A stretch of 64,000 bases of DNA from Actinomycetes bacterium (lineage in GTDB: Bacteria; Actinomycetota; Actinomycetes; Streptosporangiales; Streptosporangiaceae): the NCBI GenBank assembly GCA_021792855.1, contig JAJYTW010000002.1, forward strand, positions 8,700 through 72,699, written 5' to 3'. Positions 18,673 through 29,496 of this stretch are shown here, piece after piece. Within the stretch, counting starts at the first letter, position 1, and each line of letters opens with the position of its first letter. Below the pieces are notes generated by a model that was not told the origin of the DNA, did not search any database, and saw only the letters and a program-made list of their open reading frames with translations. The translations under genes were made by a program, and so were the position numbers.

Positions 18673-19689
18673 TCAGTACTCCTCGGTCTCGACGTAGCTG
18701 TCGTCCTCGTCCGCACCGTAGCTGTCAGCCGCGGTTCCCGGATCGAATCCGGGCGGCGAGTCCTTGAGCGCCAGCCCCATGTCGACCAGCTTCTGCTTCA
18801 CTTCCTCGATGGACTTCGCACCGAAGTTGCGGATGTCGAGCAGATCCTGCTCGCTCCTGGCGACCAGTTCGCCCACCGTGTGGATGCCCTCGCGCTTCAG
18901 GCAGTTGTAGGAGCGGACGGTGAGGTTCAGCTCCTCGATCGGCAGCGCCAGGTCGGCGGCCAGGGCCGCATCGGTCGGCGACGGGCCGATGTCGATGCCC
19001 TCAGCCTCCAGGTTCAGCTCCCTGGCCAGGCCGAACAGTTCGACCAGTGTCATGCCGGCGCTCGCCACCGCGTCCCGCGGCCGCATGCACGGCTTGGTCT
19101 CGACATCCAGGATCAGCCGGTCGAAGTCGGTCCGCTGCTCGACCCGGGTCGCCTCCACCTTGTAGGTCACCCGGAGCACCGGCGAGTAGATCGAGTCGAT
19201 CGGGATCCGCCCGATCTCCTGGCCCTGCTGCTTGTTCTGGGACGCGGAGATGTAGCCACGACCGCGCTCGACCGTAAGCTCCATCTCCAGCTTGCCCTTG
19301 CTGTTCAGGGTGGCGATGTGCAGGTCCGGGTTGTGCACCTCCATGCCCGCTGGCGGCGCGATGTCCGCGGCGGTGACCTCGCCCGGGCCCTGCTTGCGCA
19401 GGTACATGTGCACCGGCTCGTCGTGCTCGGAGGAGACGACCAGATCCTTGAGGTTCAAGATGATGTCGGTGACGTCCTCGGACACCCCGGGCACGGTGGT
19501 GAACTCGTGCAGCACACCCTCGATCCGGATGCTGGTGACCGCCGCGCCGGGAATCGACGACAGCAGGGTGCGGCGCAGCGAGTTACCGATGGTGTACCCG
19601 AATCCGGGCTCAAGCGGCTCGATCGTGAACCGCGACCGGAACTCGCTGACCTGCTCCTCGGTGAGGGTGGGACGCTGGGCGATGAGCAT
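18673..19689 (-). CDS. rpoA: DNA-directed RNA polymerase subunit alpha
   Basis: [12 protein letters not shown]...[20 protein letters not shown], and the C-terminal domain [15 protein letters not shown]. Confidence 0.97.
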   Translation of the reverse strand: MLIAQRPTLTEEQVSEFRSRFTIEPLEPGFGYTIGNSLRRTLLSSIPGAAVTSIRIEGVLHEFTTVPGVSEDVTDIILNLKDLVVSSEHDEPVHMYLRKQGPGEVTAADIAPPAGMEVHNPDLHIATLNSKGKLEMELTVERGRGYISASQNKQQGQEIGRIPIDSIYSPVLRVTYKVEATRVEQRTDFDRLILDVETKPCMRPRDAVASAGMTLVELFGLARELNLEAEGIDIGPSPTDAALAADLALPIEELNLTVRSYNCLKREGIHTVGELVARSEQDLLDIRNFGAKSIEEVKQKLVDMGLALKDSPPGFDPGTAADSYGADEDDSYVETEEY

Positions 19690-19793
19690 GGTGTGTTCCT
19701 TTCCGCCTGCCCGCTATATGACAGGCGACGAGGCGCCGGCGGTGGCCGCCGCCGGCGGAACCGCCCGGCCGCTAGGGCCGGGCGGGCCGGTAG

Positions 19794-20420
19794 TTACTTC
19801 GAGTAGTACTCGACGATCAACTGCTCCTGCACGAGCGTGTCGATCTGCGCGCGTGAGGGCAGCGAGTGGACCAGGATCCGCAGCTTCTCCGGGATCACCT
19901 CGAGCCAGGCTGGCGACTGGCGATCCCCGGCCTCGGCGCGTGCGACCACGAACGGCGTGAGCTCGCGGGACTTCTCCGTGATCTCGACGATGTCCGCCTC
20001 GCTGACCCGGTACGACGGGATATCCACCTTGCGGCCGTTGACCAGCACGTGACCATGCCGGACCACCTGGCGGGCCATGTCCCGGCTCTTGGCGAAGCCA
20101 GCCCGGTAAATGACGTTGTCGAGGCGGCTCTCCAGGATCTGCAGCAGGACCTCACCGGTCTTGCCGCGCTTGGAGGTGGCCTCCTCGTAGTAGTTGTGGA
20201 ACTGCTTCTCCAGGACGCCGTAGATCCGGCGGGCCTTCTGCTTCTCCCGGACCTGGAGCAGGTACTCGCTCTCCTTCGGCCGGTTCCTGCCGTGCTCACC
20301 CGGCGGGTAGGGCCGGATCTCGATCGGGCACTTGGGCGAGTCGCACTTGGCGCCCTTGAGGTACAGCTTCGTCTTCTCGCGGCGGCAGCGCTTGCAGTCC
20401 GCACCGGTGTATCGAGCCAT
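19794..20420 (-). CDS. rpsD: 30S ribosomal protein S4
   Basis: MARYTGADCKRCRREKTKLYLKG. Confidence 0.96.
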   Translation of the reverse strand: MARYTGADCKRCRREKTKLYLKGAKCDSPKCPIEIRPYPPGEHGRNRPKESEYLLQVREKQKARRIYGVLEKQFHNYYEEATSKRGKTGEVLLQILESRLDNVIYRAGFAKSRDMARQVVRHGHVLVNGRKVDIPSYRVSEADIVEITEKSRELTPFVVARAEAGDRQSPAWLEVIPEKLRILVHSLPSRAQIDTLVQEQLIVEYYSK

Positions 20421-20450
20421 GCTTGTCGCTTACTCCTCAGTAGAGCCCGT

Positions 20451-20852
20451 TCACACCCGGCGCCGCTTCGGCGGGCGGCAGCCGTTGTGCGGGACCGGGG
20501 TGACATCCTGGATCGAGCCGACCTCGAGGCCGGTCGCCTGGAGCGACCTGATGGCCGTCTCCCGGCCGGACCCCGGCCCCTTCACGAACACGTCGACCTT
20601 GCGCATGCCGTGCTCCATCGCCCGCCGCGCGGCCGCCTCGGCGGCCATCTGGGCGGCGTACGGCGTCGACTTGCGGGAGCCCTTGAACCCGACCTGGCCG
20701 GACGAGGCCCACGAGATCACGCTGCCCGCCGGATCCGTGATCGACACGATGGTGTTGTTGAACGTGCTCTTGATGTGAGCGTGGCCGTGCGCGATGTTCT
20801 TGCGTTCCTTGCGGCGTACCTTCTTGACGCCGGTTCGGCTCTTAGGAGGCAT
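20451..20852 (-). CDS. rpsK: 30S ribosomal protein S11
   Basis: [17 protein letters not shown]...[10 protein letters not shown]. Confidence 0.96.
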   Translation of the reverse strand: MPPKSRTGVKKVRRKERKNIAHGHAHIKSTFNNTIVSITDPAGSVISWASSGQVGFKGSRKSTPYAAQMAAEAAARRAMEHGMRKVDVFVKGPGSGRETAIRSLQATGLEVGSIQDVTPVPHNGCRPPKRRRV

Positions 20853-20931
20853 CGGTTATGTCAACTCCGGAGGTGATCGGTCCGATTACGTGCCCGTCCG
20901 CCGTCGCGGTGGCCCGGGCACCCGTGCTGGA

Positions 20932-21312
20932 CTACTTCTTGCCGGCCTTCTTCTTGCCGGCCACGGTCTTCTTCTTGCCCTTACGGGTGCGTGCGTTGGT
21001 CTGGGTGCGCTGGCCGTGAACCGGCAGGCCGCGGCGGTGCCGCAGGCCCTGGTAACAGCCGATCTCGACCTTGCGCCTGATGTCCGCCTGGACCTCGCGG
21101 CGCAGGTCGCCCTCGACCTTGTAGTTCGCCTCGATGTAGTCCCTCAGCTGGACAAGCTCGTCGTCACTGATCTGGTGCACCCGGGTGTCGCCGCTGATTC
21201 CGGTGGCCTCGAGCGTCGCCGCGGCCCTGGTGCGGCCGATGCCGTAGATATAGGTCAGGGCGACCTCAAGCCGCTTCTCGCGCGGCAGATCGACACCTAC
21301 GAGACGTGCCAT
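20932..21312 (-). CDS. rpsM: 30S ribosomal protein S13
   Basis: [26 protein letters not shown]. Confidence 0.96.
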   Translation of the reverse strand: MARLVGVDLPREKRLEVALTYIYGIGRTRAAATLEATGISGDTRVHQISDDELVQLRDYIEANYKVEGDLRREVQADIRRKVEIGCYQGLRHRRGLPVHGQRTQTNARTRKGKKKTVAGKKKAGKK

Positions 21313-21459
21313 TGGCTGGCAACTTCCCTTCTCATCTGGAGGTCCTGCGAGTCACTCCGCGACGGTGCCTCGTCGCGGCCCCGGCCTCCCCCGGGGGTAC
21401 CCGGCCACCCGCGGGCGGCCGGTCGTGACACGTGCGCTCGTGCCGCGGTCGAGCCGTGG

Positions 21460-21573
21460 CTAGCCCTGCCGCTGCTTGTGCCGCGGGTCAGAGCAGATGA
21501 CCATCACTCGGCCGTGCCGACGGATGATCCTGCATTTGCTGCAGATCTTCTTCACACTCGGCTTGACCTTCAC
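21460..21573 (-). CDS. rpmJ: 50S ribosomal protein L36
   Basis: Too short for the ORF track. Hand translation from GTG 21573 gives [37 protein letters not shown], then TAG. AGGAGA lies 6 nt upstream. Confidence 0.93.
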   Translation of the reverse strand: MKVKPSVKKICSKCRIIRRHGRVMVICSDPRHKQRQG

Positions 21574-21645
21574 GGTGGTTCTCCTAGAAAGCTGATGATG
21601 TGCCCGGTCCAGGTGCGCTGGCCCGGGTGCGAGCCATTCGGACCG

Positions 21646-21867
21646 CTACTTGTACCGGTAGACGATGCGGCCGCGACTCAGGTCGTACGGACTCAGTTCG
21701 ACGACCACCCGGTCGTCCGGCAGGATCCGGATGTAGTGCATCCGCATCTTGCCGCTGATGTGAGCAAGGACCTTGTGCCCGTTGTCTAGCTCCACGCGGA
21801 AGAAGGCGTTGGGCAGTGACTCGATGACCCTGCCCTCGATCTCGATGGCGCCGTCCTTCTTGGGCAT
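21646..21867 (-). CDS. infA: translation initiation factor IF-1
   Basis: [42 protein letters not shown]. Confidence 0.97.
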   Translation of the reverse strand: MPKKDGAIEIEGRVIESLPNAFFRVELDNGHKVLAHISGKMRMHYIRILPDDRVVVELSPYDLSRGRIVYRYK

Positions 21868-21950
21868 ATCCTCCGCACTTCGCTGATGTCGTCGAGCCTG
21901 CCGGTCGTCTCGCGCTAGCTGGTAGTGCTTGATCGGCCTGGCCGTGCTCT

Positions 21951-22018
21951 GCTTGCTGGTTGTCTATCGCTTGCTAGCGGTCTGGCTTGCTAACAATCTG
22001 GGTTTGCTGGTATTCCGG
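21951..22018. repeat. degenerate tandem repeat with a period of about 17 nt, 4 copies, in the infA upstream region
   Basis: GCTTGCTGGTTGTCTATC / GCTTGCTAGCGGTCTG / GCTTGCTAACAATCTGG / GTTTGCTGGTATTCCGG. Confidence 0.8.
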
Positions 22019-22279
22019 CTGAACTGCGGGCTCTACCGCACGTTCCGGTCATCGGTCAGCACGGCTAACGCCTTCTGAAGTGGATGGCATCGGCCGGGCC
22101 GGCCGACGCTGAAGCGCCAGGCGCGAACCCAGGCGGCCCGTCGGCGTCTGCCGGTACCGCGGTCCTGCGACCATGCGGGATAGAGCAGCCTGATGAGCCG
22201 TAGCAGAGTCTACTCAAAGACCCGGGTCAATGCGAACCCGGTCCCGCTTACCGGGCACCTCGGATCGCCGGACGAGCCC

Positions 22280-22804
22280 TCAGGCATCGTCCTGCGGCCC
22301 GCCGATCTCATTCGACCGGCCACCGCCCTGGCCCCCGCCGTGCCCGGAATCACCGGGATGGGTGCCCATGATCCACCGGCCGGCCATCACCGCCCCCCAG
22401 GGCCCGGCCACCCAGAGCGGCCACGGGTACCCGGCGCCGGTCAGCAACCAGACCACCACGCAGACCAGGGTGACGCTGGCCCACGATGCCCAGGCCGCGC
22501 GCCAGGCGGGCGACAGCCTGCCGTGGTCGCGGACCACCTCGCCGAGCACCGAGTCGGCCGGCAGTCCGGCCGACGGCCGTCCGCGCCGTGGCAGGGACTC
22601 GGTCGGCAGCGGATAGGCATCGATAGCTGGCAGATCGGCGAGAAGTTCGTCAAGCTCACCGACGGTCCTGGCGGCGAACGCCTTGTCCAGTCGGTCGTTG
22701 AACTCCTCAGGGTCAAGTCGGCCCGCCGCGTGGTGCTCGCGCAGCAACTCCGCGGTGTGGTCCCGGTCCCGGTCCGACGCCCGGAAGTTCGGATCCGAGC
22801 TCAT
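22280..22804 (-). CDS. DUF1707 (SHOCT-like) domain membrane protein
   Basis: RASDRDRDHTAELLREHHAAGRLDPEEFNDRLDKAFAARTVGELDELLADLP matches my recollection of the DUF1707 consensus. The C-terminal half has two hydrophobic helices. Its start overlaps the map stop by 4 nt. Confidence 0.75.
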   Translation of the reverse strand: MSSDPNFRASDRDRDHTAELLREHHAAGRLDPEEFNDRLDKAFAARTVGELDELLADLPAIDAYPLPTESLPRRGRPSAGLPADSVLGEVVRDHGRLSPAWRAAWASWASVTLVCVVVWLLTGAGYPWPLWVAGPWGAVMAGRWIMGTHPGDSGHGGGQGGGRSNEIGGPQDDA

Positions 22805-23640
22805 CCGCCGCCTCCGCGGCCGTCCGGCCCGGTCGCCCCGACTTCGGCCAGGCCGCTCGCGCCGCCATCGGCGGCGGTCAGCACCACCGGCCCGTCCGCG
22901 GTGATCGCGATCGTGTGCTCGAAGTGCGCGGCCAGCGATCCATCGGCGGTCACCACCGTCCAGCCGTCATCGCACTGCCTGGTCCGGTGGTCGCCCAGGG
23001 TCAGCATCGGCTCAATCGCGAGCGCCATCCCCTCGGCGAGCACTGGCCCGCGGCCCGGCCGACCGTAGTTCGGCACCGGCGGGTCCATGTGCATCGCCGA
23101 TCCGATGAAGTGCCCGGTGTAGTCCCGAATGATGCCGTAGTCACCGCTGGCCCGCGCGCTCTGCTCGACCGCGTGCGAGATGTCGGTGAGACGGCGACCG
23201 GCGGTCGCGGTCGCCAGCCCGGCCCAGAGCGCTCGCTCGCAGGCGGCCATCAGTTCCTTGGCGCGCTGGGGCACGGTGCCCACCGCGATCGTGATAGCCG
23301 CGTCACCGTGCCATCCGCCGACGATCGCTCCGGCGTCGATGGACAGCACGTCACCGGCGGCAAGCACGACGTCCGGCCGCGGGATGCCGTGCACGATCTC
23401 GTCGTTCACCGAGGTGCAGATCGTGGCCGGATACCCGTAGTAGCCATAGAAGGAGGAGGTAGCGCCGGCCGCGAGCATCTCGCGCGCGGCGATCGCGTCA
23501 AGCTCGGCGGTGCTGATGCCGGGTTCTGCGGCGTCGGCCGCGGCACGCAGCATGCGCGCCACTACCAGCCCGGCCTCCCGCATCACGGACAGCTGAGCCG
23601 GGGTCTTGATCTCGATCGAGAAATCCCTGCCGCGCCGCAT
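22801..23640 (-). CDS. map: type I methionyl aminopeptidase
   Basis: IKTPAQLSVMREAG...VHGIP...DAG...GHFIG...EPM metal-ligand pattern. Located directly after adk. Confidence 0.92.
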   Translation of the reverse strand: MRRGRDFSIEIKTPAQLSVMREAGLVVARMLRAAADAAEPGISTAELDAIAAREMLAAGATSSFYGYYGYPATICTSVNDEIVHGIPRPDVVLAAGDVLSIDAGAIVGGWHGDAAITIAVGTVPQRAKELMAACERALWAGLATATAGRRLTDISHAVEQSARASGDYGIIRDYTGHFIGSAMHMDPPVPNYGRPGRGPVLAEGMALAIEPMLTLGDHRTRQCDDGWTVVTADGSLAAHFEHTIAITADGPVVLTAADGGASGLAEVGATGPDGRGGGG

Positions 23641-23717
23641 TGTCCTGCTGCCTCCCCTATTACCGTACCCGCAGCGGCGGACCGGCCGCTATCGGCGGGT
23701 GAAGCCCCGCAGTGCCA

Positions 23718-24371
23718 TCAGCGGGTGAACCGCCGCAGCGCGACCAAGGCCCGGTCGGTCACGTCCTCGACCGGGCCGGTGGCGTCGATGCCGAGCAGGA
23801 TGCCCTCGTCGGCGTAGTAGGTGATCAGCGGCTGGGTCTGCAACTGGTACACCTCGAGCCGGTGCCGGATGGTCTCCTCGCGGTCGTCGTCCCGCTGGAA
23901 CAGCTCTCCGCCGCACTCATCGCAGACCCCGGACCGGGTCGGCGGGTCGAACGCGATATGCCAGACCCGTCCGCACTGGCGGCAGGTGCGCCGACCGGAC
24001 AGCCGCCTGATCACCTCGTCGTGGTCGACCACCAGTTCCAGGACGATGTCCAGCCGCAGGCTCCAGTCGGCCAGGAGTTGCTTCAGCGTCCGCGCCTGCG
24101 GCACGTTCCTGGGGAACCCGTCCAAAAGGAACCCGGCCTGGGCGTCGTCCTCGGCCAGCCTGCTCGCCACCATCGCGACGGTGACCTCGTCGGGCACGAG
24201 ATCACCGCGGTCCATGTACTCCTTGGCCTTGCGGCCAAGATCGGTACCGGTACTGACGTTGGACCGGAAGATGTCACCTGTCGACACCTTCGGGATCGAC
24301 AGGTGCGATGCGATGAACTGGGCCTGCGTCCCCTTGCCCGCTCCGGGGGGCCCCACGAGGACGACGCGCAC
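23718..24371 (-). CDS. adk: adenylate kinase
   Basis: [11 protein letters not shown]-loop and a Cys4 lid (CRQCGRVWH...CDECGGEL). Confidence 0.96.
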   Translation of the reverse strand: MRVVLVGPPGAGKGTQAQFIASHLSIPKVSTGDIFRSNVSTGTDLGRKAKEYMDRGDLVPDEVTVAMVASRLAEDDAQAGFLLDGFPRNVPQARTLKQLLADWSLRLDIVLELVVDHDEVIRRLSGRRTCRQCGRVWHIAFDPPTRSGVCDECGGELFQRDDDREETIRHRLEVYQLQTQPLITYYADEGILLGIDATGPVEDVTDRALVALRRFTR

Positions 24372-25669
24372 TATCTGAGGAAACCCTCGTAGTTGCGCTG
24401 CTGGAGTTGGCTCTCGATCTGCTTGACCGTATCGAGGCCGACGCCAACCGCGATCATGATGCTCACGCCGCCGAACGGGAACTGGGTGCCCGCGTTCACC
24501 ACCGAGATGGCGAGCATCGGGATCAGCGCGACGATGCCCAGGTAGAGCGACCCGGGCGCGGTCAGCCGGTTCAGCACGAACCGCAGGTAGCCCGCCGTCG
24601 GCCCGCCAGGCCGGATGCCGGGGATGAACCCGCCGGACTTCTTCATGTCGTCGGCCACCTCATCCGGATTGAAGGTGATCGAGACATAGAAGTAGGTGAA
24701 CAATATGATCAGGACGAAGAAGCCGATCATGTAGTAGCTGCTGCTCTGCGTCGAGAGGTTGGTCCGCACCCAGACCGTCCAGCCAGTGGTGGCGGTCGGA
24801 CTGCCGAACAGGTTCGCCGCGAGTTCGGGGATATACAGCAGCGACGAGGCGAAGATGACCGGGATCACGCCCGCCTGGTTGACCTTCAGCGGGATGTACG
24901 TGGACGTGCCGCCGTACATCTTTCTGCCGACCATCCGCTTGGCGTACTGGACCGGGATGCGCCGCTGCGCCTGCTCCATGAACGCGACCGCGGCCACGAT
25001 CAGCACGGACACGGCGAGCACGATCGCGAAGATGACCGTGCCCTGCGACCGCAGGATCTGGTACATCTGCCCCGGGATGACGGCGATGACCTGGACGAAG
25101 ATGATCAGCGACATGCCGTTGCCGACCCCGCGGTCGGTGATCAGTTCGCCCAGCCACATGATCACCGCGGTGCCAGCGGTCATCGTGATCACCATGGTGG
25201 CGATCGTGAAGACCGAGGTGTTCGGGACGATCTGCTGGGTGCAGTTCGGGATCAGGTTGCCGCTCTCGGCCAGCGCGACGAACGCGGTGGACTGCAGGAT
25301 GGCCAGCCCGACCGTGAGGTACCTGGTGTACTGGGTGATCTTCGCGGTTCCCGACCCGCCCTCAAGCCGCAGCGTCTCAAGCCGCGGAATGACCACGGCG
25401 AGCAACTGCAGGATGATGCTGGCTGTGATGTAGGGCATGATGCCCAGGGCGAAGATCGTCAGGCGGAACAACGCCCCGCCGCTGAGCAGGTTAACCAGGC
25501 CCAGCACGCCGGACTGCTTGATGCTCAGACACGCGTTCAGCGCACTCTGCGAGACCCCTGGCGTCGGCATCGATGAGCCGAGCCGGAAGACCAGGATGAT
25601 GAAGAGCGTGAAGAGCAGCTTCTTGCGCAGGTCAGGCGTCCGGAACGCCTGGTAGAACGCGGTCAGCAT
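24371..25669 (-). CDS. secY: preprotein translocase subunit SecY
   Basis: [22 protein letters not shown], 10 TM helices, located after rplO. Confidence 0.96.
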   Translation of the reverse strand: MLTAFYQAFRTPDLRKKLLFTLFIILVFRLGSSMPTPGVSQSALNACLSIKQSGVLGLVNLLSGGALFRLTIFALGIMPYITASIILQLLAVVIPRLETLRLEGGSGTAKITQYTRYLTVGLAILQSTAFVALAESGNLIPNCTQQIVPNTSVFTIATMVITMTAGTAVIMWLGELITDRGVGNGMSLIIFVQVIAVIPGQMYQILRSQGTVIFAIVLAVSVLIVAAVAFMEQAQRRIPVQYAKRMVGRKMYGGTSTYIPLKVNQAGVIPVIFASSLLYIPELAANLFGSPTATTGWTVWVRTNLSTQSSSYYMIGFFVLIILFTYFYVSITFNPDEVADDMKKSGGFIPGIRPGGPTAGYLRFVLNRLTAPGSLYLGIVALIPMLAISVVNAGTQFPFGGVSIMIAVGVGLDTVKQIESQLQQRNYEGFLR

Positions 25670-25881
25670 GCGCCGTCCTGGAGTCGAAGTGTCAACGTCA
25701 TCTGCTGCTCCTGGCCGCGGCCGCCCGGGCCGATAGGCCAGGACGCCGCTGTGCTCAGCGCGACACGCTCGCCGAAGTCTAACGCGTGGTTAATACTCCG
25801 GCAGCTTGCCAGCATGGTACCGGTGCCGGAACGGGGGCGACGGCTGTCGCCAAACCCGCTCCAGCACTGGCCGGGACATCG

Positions 25882-26358
25882 TCAGAGCCGGGTGGTGGTA
25901 CCACCGGCAGCGGTGATCTTCTGCTCCGCACTGGCCGAGAAGGCATGTGCGGCGACCTGAAGACCACTGACCGCCTCACCCGTGCCGAGCACCTTGACCA
26001 GCTCACCGGCCCGGACCGCGCCGCGAGCGACGAGATCCTCGGGCGTGACGGTGCCGCCGGACGGATACAGCTGCGCCAGTCGGTCCAGGTTCACGACCTG
26101 ATAGCTGGTCTTGAACCTGGCATTGGAGAAGCCCTTGAGCTTCGGGAGTCGCCGATGCAGCGGCATCTGGCCGCCCTCGAACGCCGGCGACACCTGGGTG
26201 CGGGCCTTGCTGCCCTTGGTGCCGCGTCCGGCGGTCTTGCCCTTGGACGCCTCACCGCGACCCACTCGGGTCTTCGGGGTATGCGCGCCCGGGGCCGGGC
26301 GCAGGTGATGGACCTTCAGGCCCGCCTTGCCGCCGACGGCCGGTTCGGTGCCCGCCAT
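25882..26358 (-). CDS. rplO: 50S ribosomal protein L15
   Basis: [39 protein letters not shown] 26358 directly abuts the rpmD stop. Confidence 0.94.
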   Translation of the reverse strand: MAGTEPAVGGKAGLKVHHLRPAPGAHTPKTRVGRGEASKGKTAGRGTKGSKARTQVSPAFEGGQMPLHRRLPKLKGFSNARFKTSYQVVNLDRLAQLYPSGGTVTPEDLVARGAVRAGELVKVLGTGEAVSGLQVAAHAFSASAEQKITAAGGTTTRL

Positions 26359-26359
26359 C

Positions 26360-26542
26360 TCAGTGCACCTCCTCAACGGTGACCAGGTGGCTGACCACGC
26401 TGATCATCCCGCGGATCTCCGGCCGGTCGGCCTTGATCACGCTCTCGCCGATCCGGTGCAGCCCGAGCGAACGCAGGGAGTCACGCTGCGCCTGGGTGCC
26501 GCCGATCTTCGACTTGGTCTGGGTTACCTTCAGTTCCGCCAT
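26360..26542 (-). CDS. rpmD: 50S ribosomal protein L30
   Basis: [28 protein letters not shown]. Confidence 0.94.
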   Translation of the reverse strand: MAELKVTQTKSKIGGTQAQRDSLRSLGLHRIGESVIKADRPEIRGMISVVSHLVTVEEVH

Positions 26543-26555
26543 CTCGTGCTCCCGC

Positions 26556-27176
26556 TCAGCTGCCCTGCTCGGGCGCGGCCGCGGCGGCTTCCCGCGCCCG
26601 CAGCATCGCCGCTGGCGCGACGTGCTCGAGCGGCAGGCCGCGCCGGGCCGCGATCTCCTCGGGCTGGGACAGGCTCTTCAGCGCGGCCACGGTCGCGTGC
26701 ACCACGTTGATCGGATTGGAGGATCCGAGTGACCGGGACAGCACGTCGTGCACGCCCGCGCACTCCAGGACCGCCCGGACCGGGCCGCCGGCGATCACGC
26801 CGGTTCCCGGACTGGCCGGCTTGAGCAGCACCACGCCCGCGGTGTCCTCACCCTGCACGGTGTGCGGGATCGTGCCGCCGATCCTCGGCACCCGGAAGAA
26901 CGACTTCTTCGCGGCCTCCACGCCCTTGGCGATGGCCGCGGGCACCTCCTTGGCCTTGGCATAGCCCACGCCCACCATCCCGTTGCCGTCGCCGACAACC
27001 ACCAGCGCAGTGAAGCTGAACCGGCGTCCGCCCTGGACGACCTTGGCCACCCGGTTGATCGTGACCACGCGCTCGAGGTACGCGGTGCCCTTGTCGGACG
27101 AGCCACCACGGCGGTCGTCGCGACGGTCTCGCCGCTCGCCACCGCCCGTGCCGCCGCCGCGTCGCGCAGTTGCCAT
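26556..27176 (-). CDS. rpsE: 30S ribosomal protein S5
   Basis: Start is ATG 27176, with GAGAAGGA upstream. Motif: [32 protein letters not shown]. The track start 27308 is an over-extension. Confidence 0.94.
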   Translation of the reverse strand: MATARRGGGTGGGERRDRRDDRRGGSSDKGTAYLERVVTINRVAKVVQGGRRFSFTALVVVGDGNGMVGVGYAKAKEVPAAIAKGVEAAKKSFFRVPRIGGTIPHTVQGEDTAGVVLLKPASPGTGVIAGGPVRAVLECAGVHDVLSRSLGSSNPINVVHATVAALKSLSQPEEIAARRGLPLEHVAPAAMLRAREAAAAAPEQGS

Positions 27177-27243
27177 CAGAATGTCCTTCTCTCGTTGCTG
27201 CGAATGCCCCGCGGCGCGCGGGCGCCGCTGGCCGTCACTGCGC

Positions 27244-27642
27244 TCACAGTTCCAGCCCGCCTTCCCTGGCGCCGTCGGCGACGGCGGCGATCCTGCCGTG
27301 ATAGGCATGTCCGCCGCGGTCGAACACCGCGGTGGTGATCCCGGCGGCCGCGGCGCGCTCGGCGACCAGCTTGCCGACCATCCTGGCCTTGGCGGTCTTG
27401 TCGCCGCTCTCGGCCCGGACCGCCGACTCCAGCGTCGATGCCGAGGCCAGCGTGTGGCCGGCCACGTCGTCGATGAGCTGAACGAAGACGTTCCTGGCCG
27501 ACCGGCTCACGACCAGCCTGGGCCGGGCCGGGCTGCCCGAGATCTTCTTCCTGACCCGCAGGTGGCGGCGGGTCCGCGAGGCAGCCCGTGCCGATGTCCG
27601 GCTCTTGCTGCGCACGTGTGCCGTGGTCCTGGTGCCAGCCAT
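27244..27642 (-). CDS. rplR: 50S ribosomal protein L18
   Basis: [35 protein letters not shown]. Confidence 0.94.
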   Translation of the reverse strand: MAGTRTTAHVRSKSRTSARAASRTRRHLRVRKKISGSPARPRLVVSRSARNVFVQLIDDVAGHTLASASTLESAVRAESGDKTAKARMVGKLVAERAAAAGITTAVFDRGGHAYHGRIAAVADGAREGGLEL

Positions 27643-27644
27643 CG

Positions 27645-28181
27645 TTACTTACCAGCCTTCCCGGCCTTGCGGCGGATCTGCTCGCCCGAGTACCGCACGC
27701 CCTTGCCCTTGTACGGGTCCGGCTTGCGGAGCTTGCGGATGTTGGCCGCGACCTCACCGACCTGCTGCTTGTCGATGCCCTCGACCACGAACCTGGTCGG
27801 AGTCTCGACCCGGAACGTGATGCCGTCCGGCGGGCTCACCAGCACCGGGTGGCTGAAGCCGAGCGCGAACTCCAGGTCCTTGCCCTTGGCCTGGACGCGG
27901 TAGCCAACGCCGACGATCTCCATGGTCTTGGCGTAGCCCTGGGTCACCCCGGTGACCATGTTGGCGATCAGCGACCGGGACAGGCCGTGCAGCGCACGGA
28001 CATCGCCCTCGTCACTCGGCCGGGTCACGGTGATGACCCCGTCGGAGTGCGCGACCTCGATCGGCGCCGCCACCTGTAGGTTGAGACTGCCCTTGGGGCC
28101 CTTGACGGTCACATCGCGGCCGGCGATGGTCACATCGACTCCGGCCGGGACCGACACGGGCATCCGTCCGATTCGTGACAT
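27645..28181 (-). CDS. rplF: 50S ribosomal protein L6
   Basis: [31 protein letters not shown]. Confidence 0.95.
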   Translation of the reverse strand: MSRIGRMPVSVPAGVDVTIAGRDVTVKGPKGSLNLQVAAPIEVAHSDGVITVTRPSDEGDVRALHGLSRSLIANMVTGVTQGYAKTMEIVGVGYRVQAKGKDLEFALGFSHPVLVSPPDGITFRVETPTRFVVEGIDKQQVGEVAANIRKLRKPDPYKGKGVRYSGEQIRRKAGKAGK

Positions 28182-28191
28182 CGTCAGCTCC

Positions 28192-28590
28192 CTACCAGAC
28201 GTAGGCGAGGACTTCCCCGCCTACGCCGCTCTTCTTGGCCTGCTTGTCAGTCATCAGGCCGGATGAGGTCGAGATGATCGCGACGCCCAGGCCACCGAGC
28301 ACGCGCGGCAGGTTGTCCTTGCGCGCGTAGACCCGAAGTCCCGGCTTGGACACCCGCTTGATGCCGGCGATCGAGCGCTCCCGCCGCGGCCCGTACTTAA
28401 GCGCGACCACCAGGGTCTTGCCTACCTCGGCATCTTCCACGCGCCAGCCGGCGATGTAGCCCTCCTGCGCGAGGATCTCGGCGATGTGCACCTTCATCTT
28501 CGAGTGCGGCATGCTTACCGCGTCGTGATACGCCGAATTTGCGTTGCGCAGACGAGTCAGCATGTCCGCGACCGGGTCGGTCATAGTCAT
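28192..28590 (-). CDS. rpsH: 30S ribosomal protein S8
   Basis: [22 protein letters not shown], starting at ATG 28590 with GAGGAAGG upstream. Confidence 0.94.
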   Translation of the reverse strand: MTMTDPVADMLTRLRNANSAYHDAVSMPHSKMKVHIAEILAQEGYIAGWRVEDAEVGKTLVVALKYGPRRERSIAGIKRVSKPGLRVYARKDNLPRVLGGLGVAIISTSSGLMTDKQAKKSGVGGEVLAYVW

Positions 28591-28702
28591 GGCCGTTTGG
28601 CCTTCCTCATCGCGGTTTCCTTCCGGACCTGCGATGTGGTCGGTGGGCACCGGCGGCGCCCAGATTCTGTCGTCGTCACCGGGCGCGTCCGCGCCTGGTG
28701 CG

Positions 28703-28724
28703 GGCCGGGCGGGTTCGCCCGGCC
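28703..28724 (-). terminator. hairpin just downstream of the rpsN stop, inside the spc operon
   Basis: GGCCGGGCG-GGTT-CGCCCGGCC: 9-bp perfect GC stem. More likely a processing or regulatory structure than a full terminator. Confidence 0.35.
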
Positions 28725-28743
28725 TTCGTCCGCCTCGCGGCGG

Positions 28744-28929
28744 TTACCAGCTTGACTTGGTGATGCCGGGAAGTTCGCCCCGGTGCGCCATGGTGCGGAA
28801 GCAGATCCGGCACAGGCCGAACTTGCGGTAGACGGCCCGCGGGCGCCCGCAGCGCGAGCACCGAGTGTAGCTGCGCACTTCGAACTTGGGCGTGCGCCCG
28901 GCCTTGGCGATCAGGCTCTTCTTCGCCAC
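28744..28929 (-). CDS. rpsN: 30S ribosomal protein S14, type Z (zinc-binding, 61 aa)
   Basis: [22 protein letters not shown] (CxxC...CxxC) and C-terminal GITKSSW. Confidence 0.94.
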   Translation of the reverse strand: MAKKSLIAKAGRTPKFEVRSYTRCSRCGRPRAVYRKFGLCRICFRTMAHRGELPGITKSSW

Positions 28930-28932
28930 TGC

Positions 28933-29496
28933 TCAGTTCTCCTTGAACGGGAAGCCGAGCCGGCGCAACAGCGATCGACCCTGCTCATCGGTGGTCGCGG
29001 TGGTGACCAGAGTGACGTCCATGCCACGCTGCCGATCCACCTGGTCGGGATTGATCTCATGGAACATCAGCTGCTCGGTGAGACCGAAGGTGTAGTTGCC
29101 CCGGCCGTCGAACTGACGGTCCGACAGGCCGCGGAAGTCGCGGATCCTGGGCAGCGCGATCGAAAGCAGCCGGTCGCAGAACTCCCACATCCGGTCGCCT
29201 CGCAGCGTCACGTGCGCGCCGATCGGCATGCCCTCGCGCAGCTTGAACTGCGCGATCGACTTGCGGGCCCGGGCCACCGCCGGCTTCTGGCCGGTGATCA
29301 GCGCGAGGTCCCTGACCGCGCCCTCGATCAGCTTGGCGTCCCTGGCCGCCTCGCCAACGCCCATGTTGACGACGATCTTGGTCAGGCTCGGCACCTGCAT
29401 CACGTTGGCGAAGCCGAACTCCTCGCGCAGTGCCGGCGCGATCTCGGCGCGATAGCGCTCCTTCAGCCGCGGAGCGACAGTCTCGACGACAGTCAT
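28933..29496 (-). CDS. rplE: 50S ribosomal protein L5
   Basis: [28 protein letters not shown]. Confidence 0.95.
   Translation of the reverse strand: MTVVETVAPRLKERYRAEIAPALREEFGFANVMQVPSLTKIVVNMGVGEAARDAKLIEGAVRDLALITGQKPAVARARKSIAQFKLREGMPIGAHVTLRGDRMWEFCDRLLSIALPRIRDFRGLSDRQFDGRGNYTFGLTEQLMFHEINPDQVDRQRGMDVTLVTTATTDEQGRSLLRRLGFPFKEN

Noticed and set aside
21951-22018. CRISPR-like interpretation of the periodic repeat arrays (also 58487..58544 and 10541..10600).
   Set aside because: The units are contiguous or nearly so (14-18 nt period) with no unique spacers of 25-40 nt. Repeats are short and degenerate, and no cas genes are present in the window.
22207-22230. TTGACC / TAGACT pairs upstream of infA and rpoB (48334..48358) as canonical -35/-10 promoters.
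   Set aside because: Spacers of 12 and 13 nt are too short for sigma-70-type recognition (16-19 nt). Only the TAGACT hexamers are retained as possible -10 elements, at low confidence.
21868-22279. Small ORF in the infA upstream region (minus strand, ATG about 22171, 41 codons, MVAGPRYRQTPTGRL...).
   Set aside because: No SD, an Arg/Pro-rich composition typical of non-coding GC-rich sequence, and no coding-like third-position bias.
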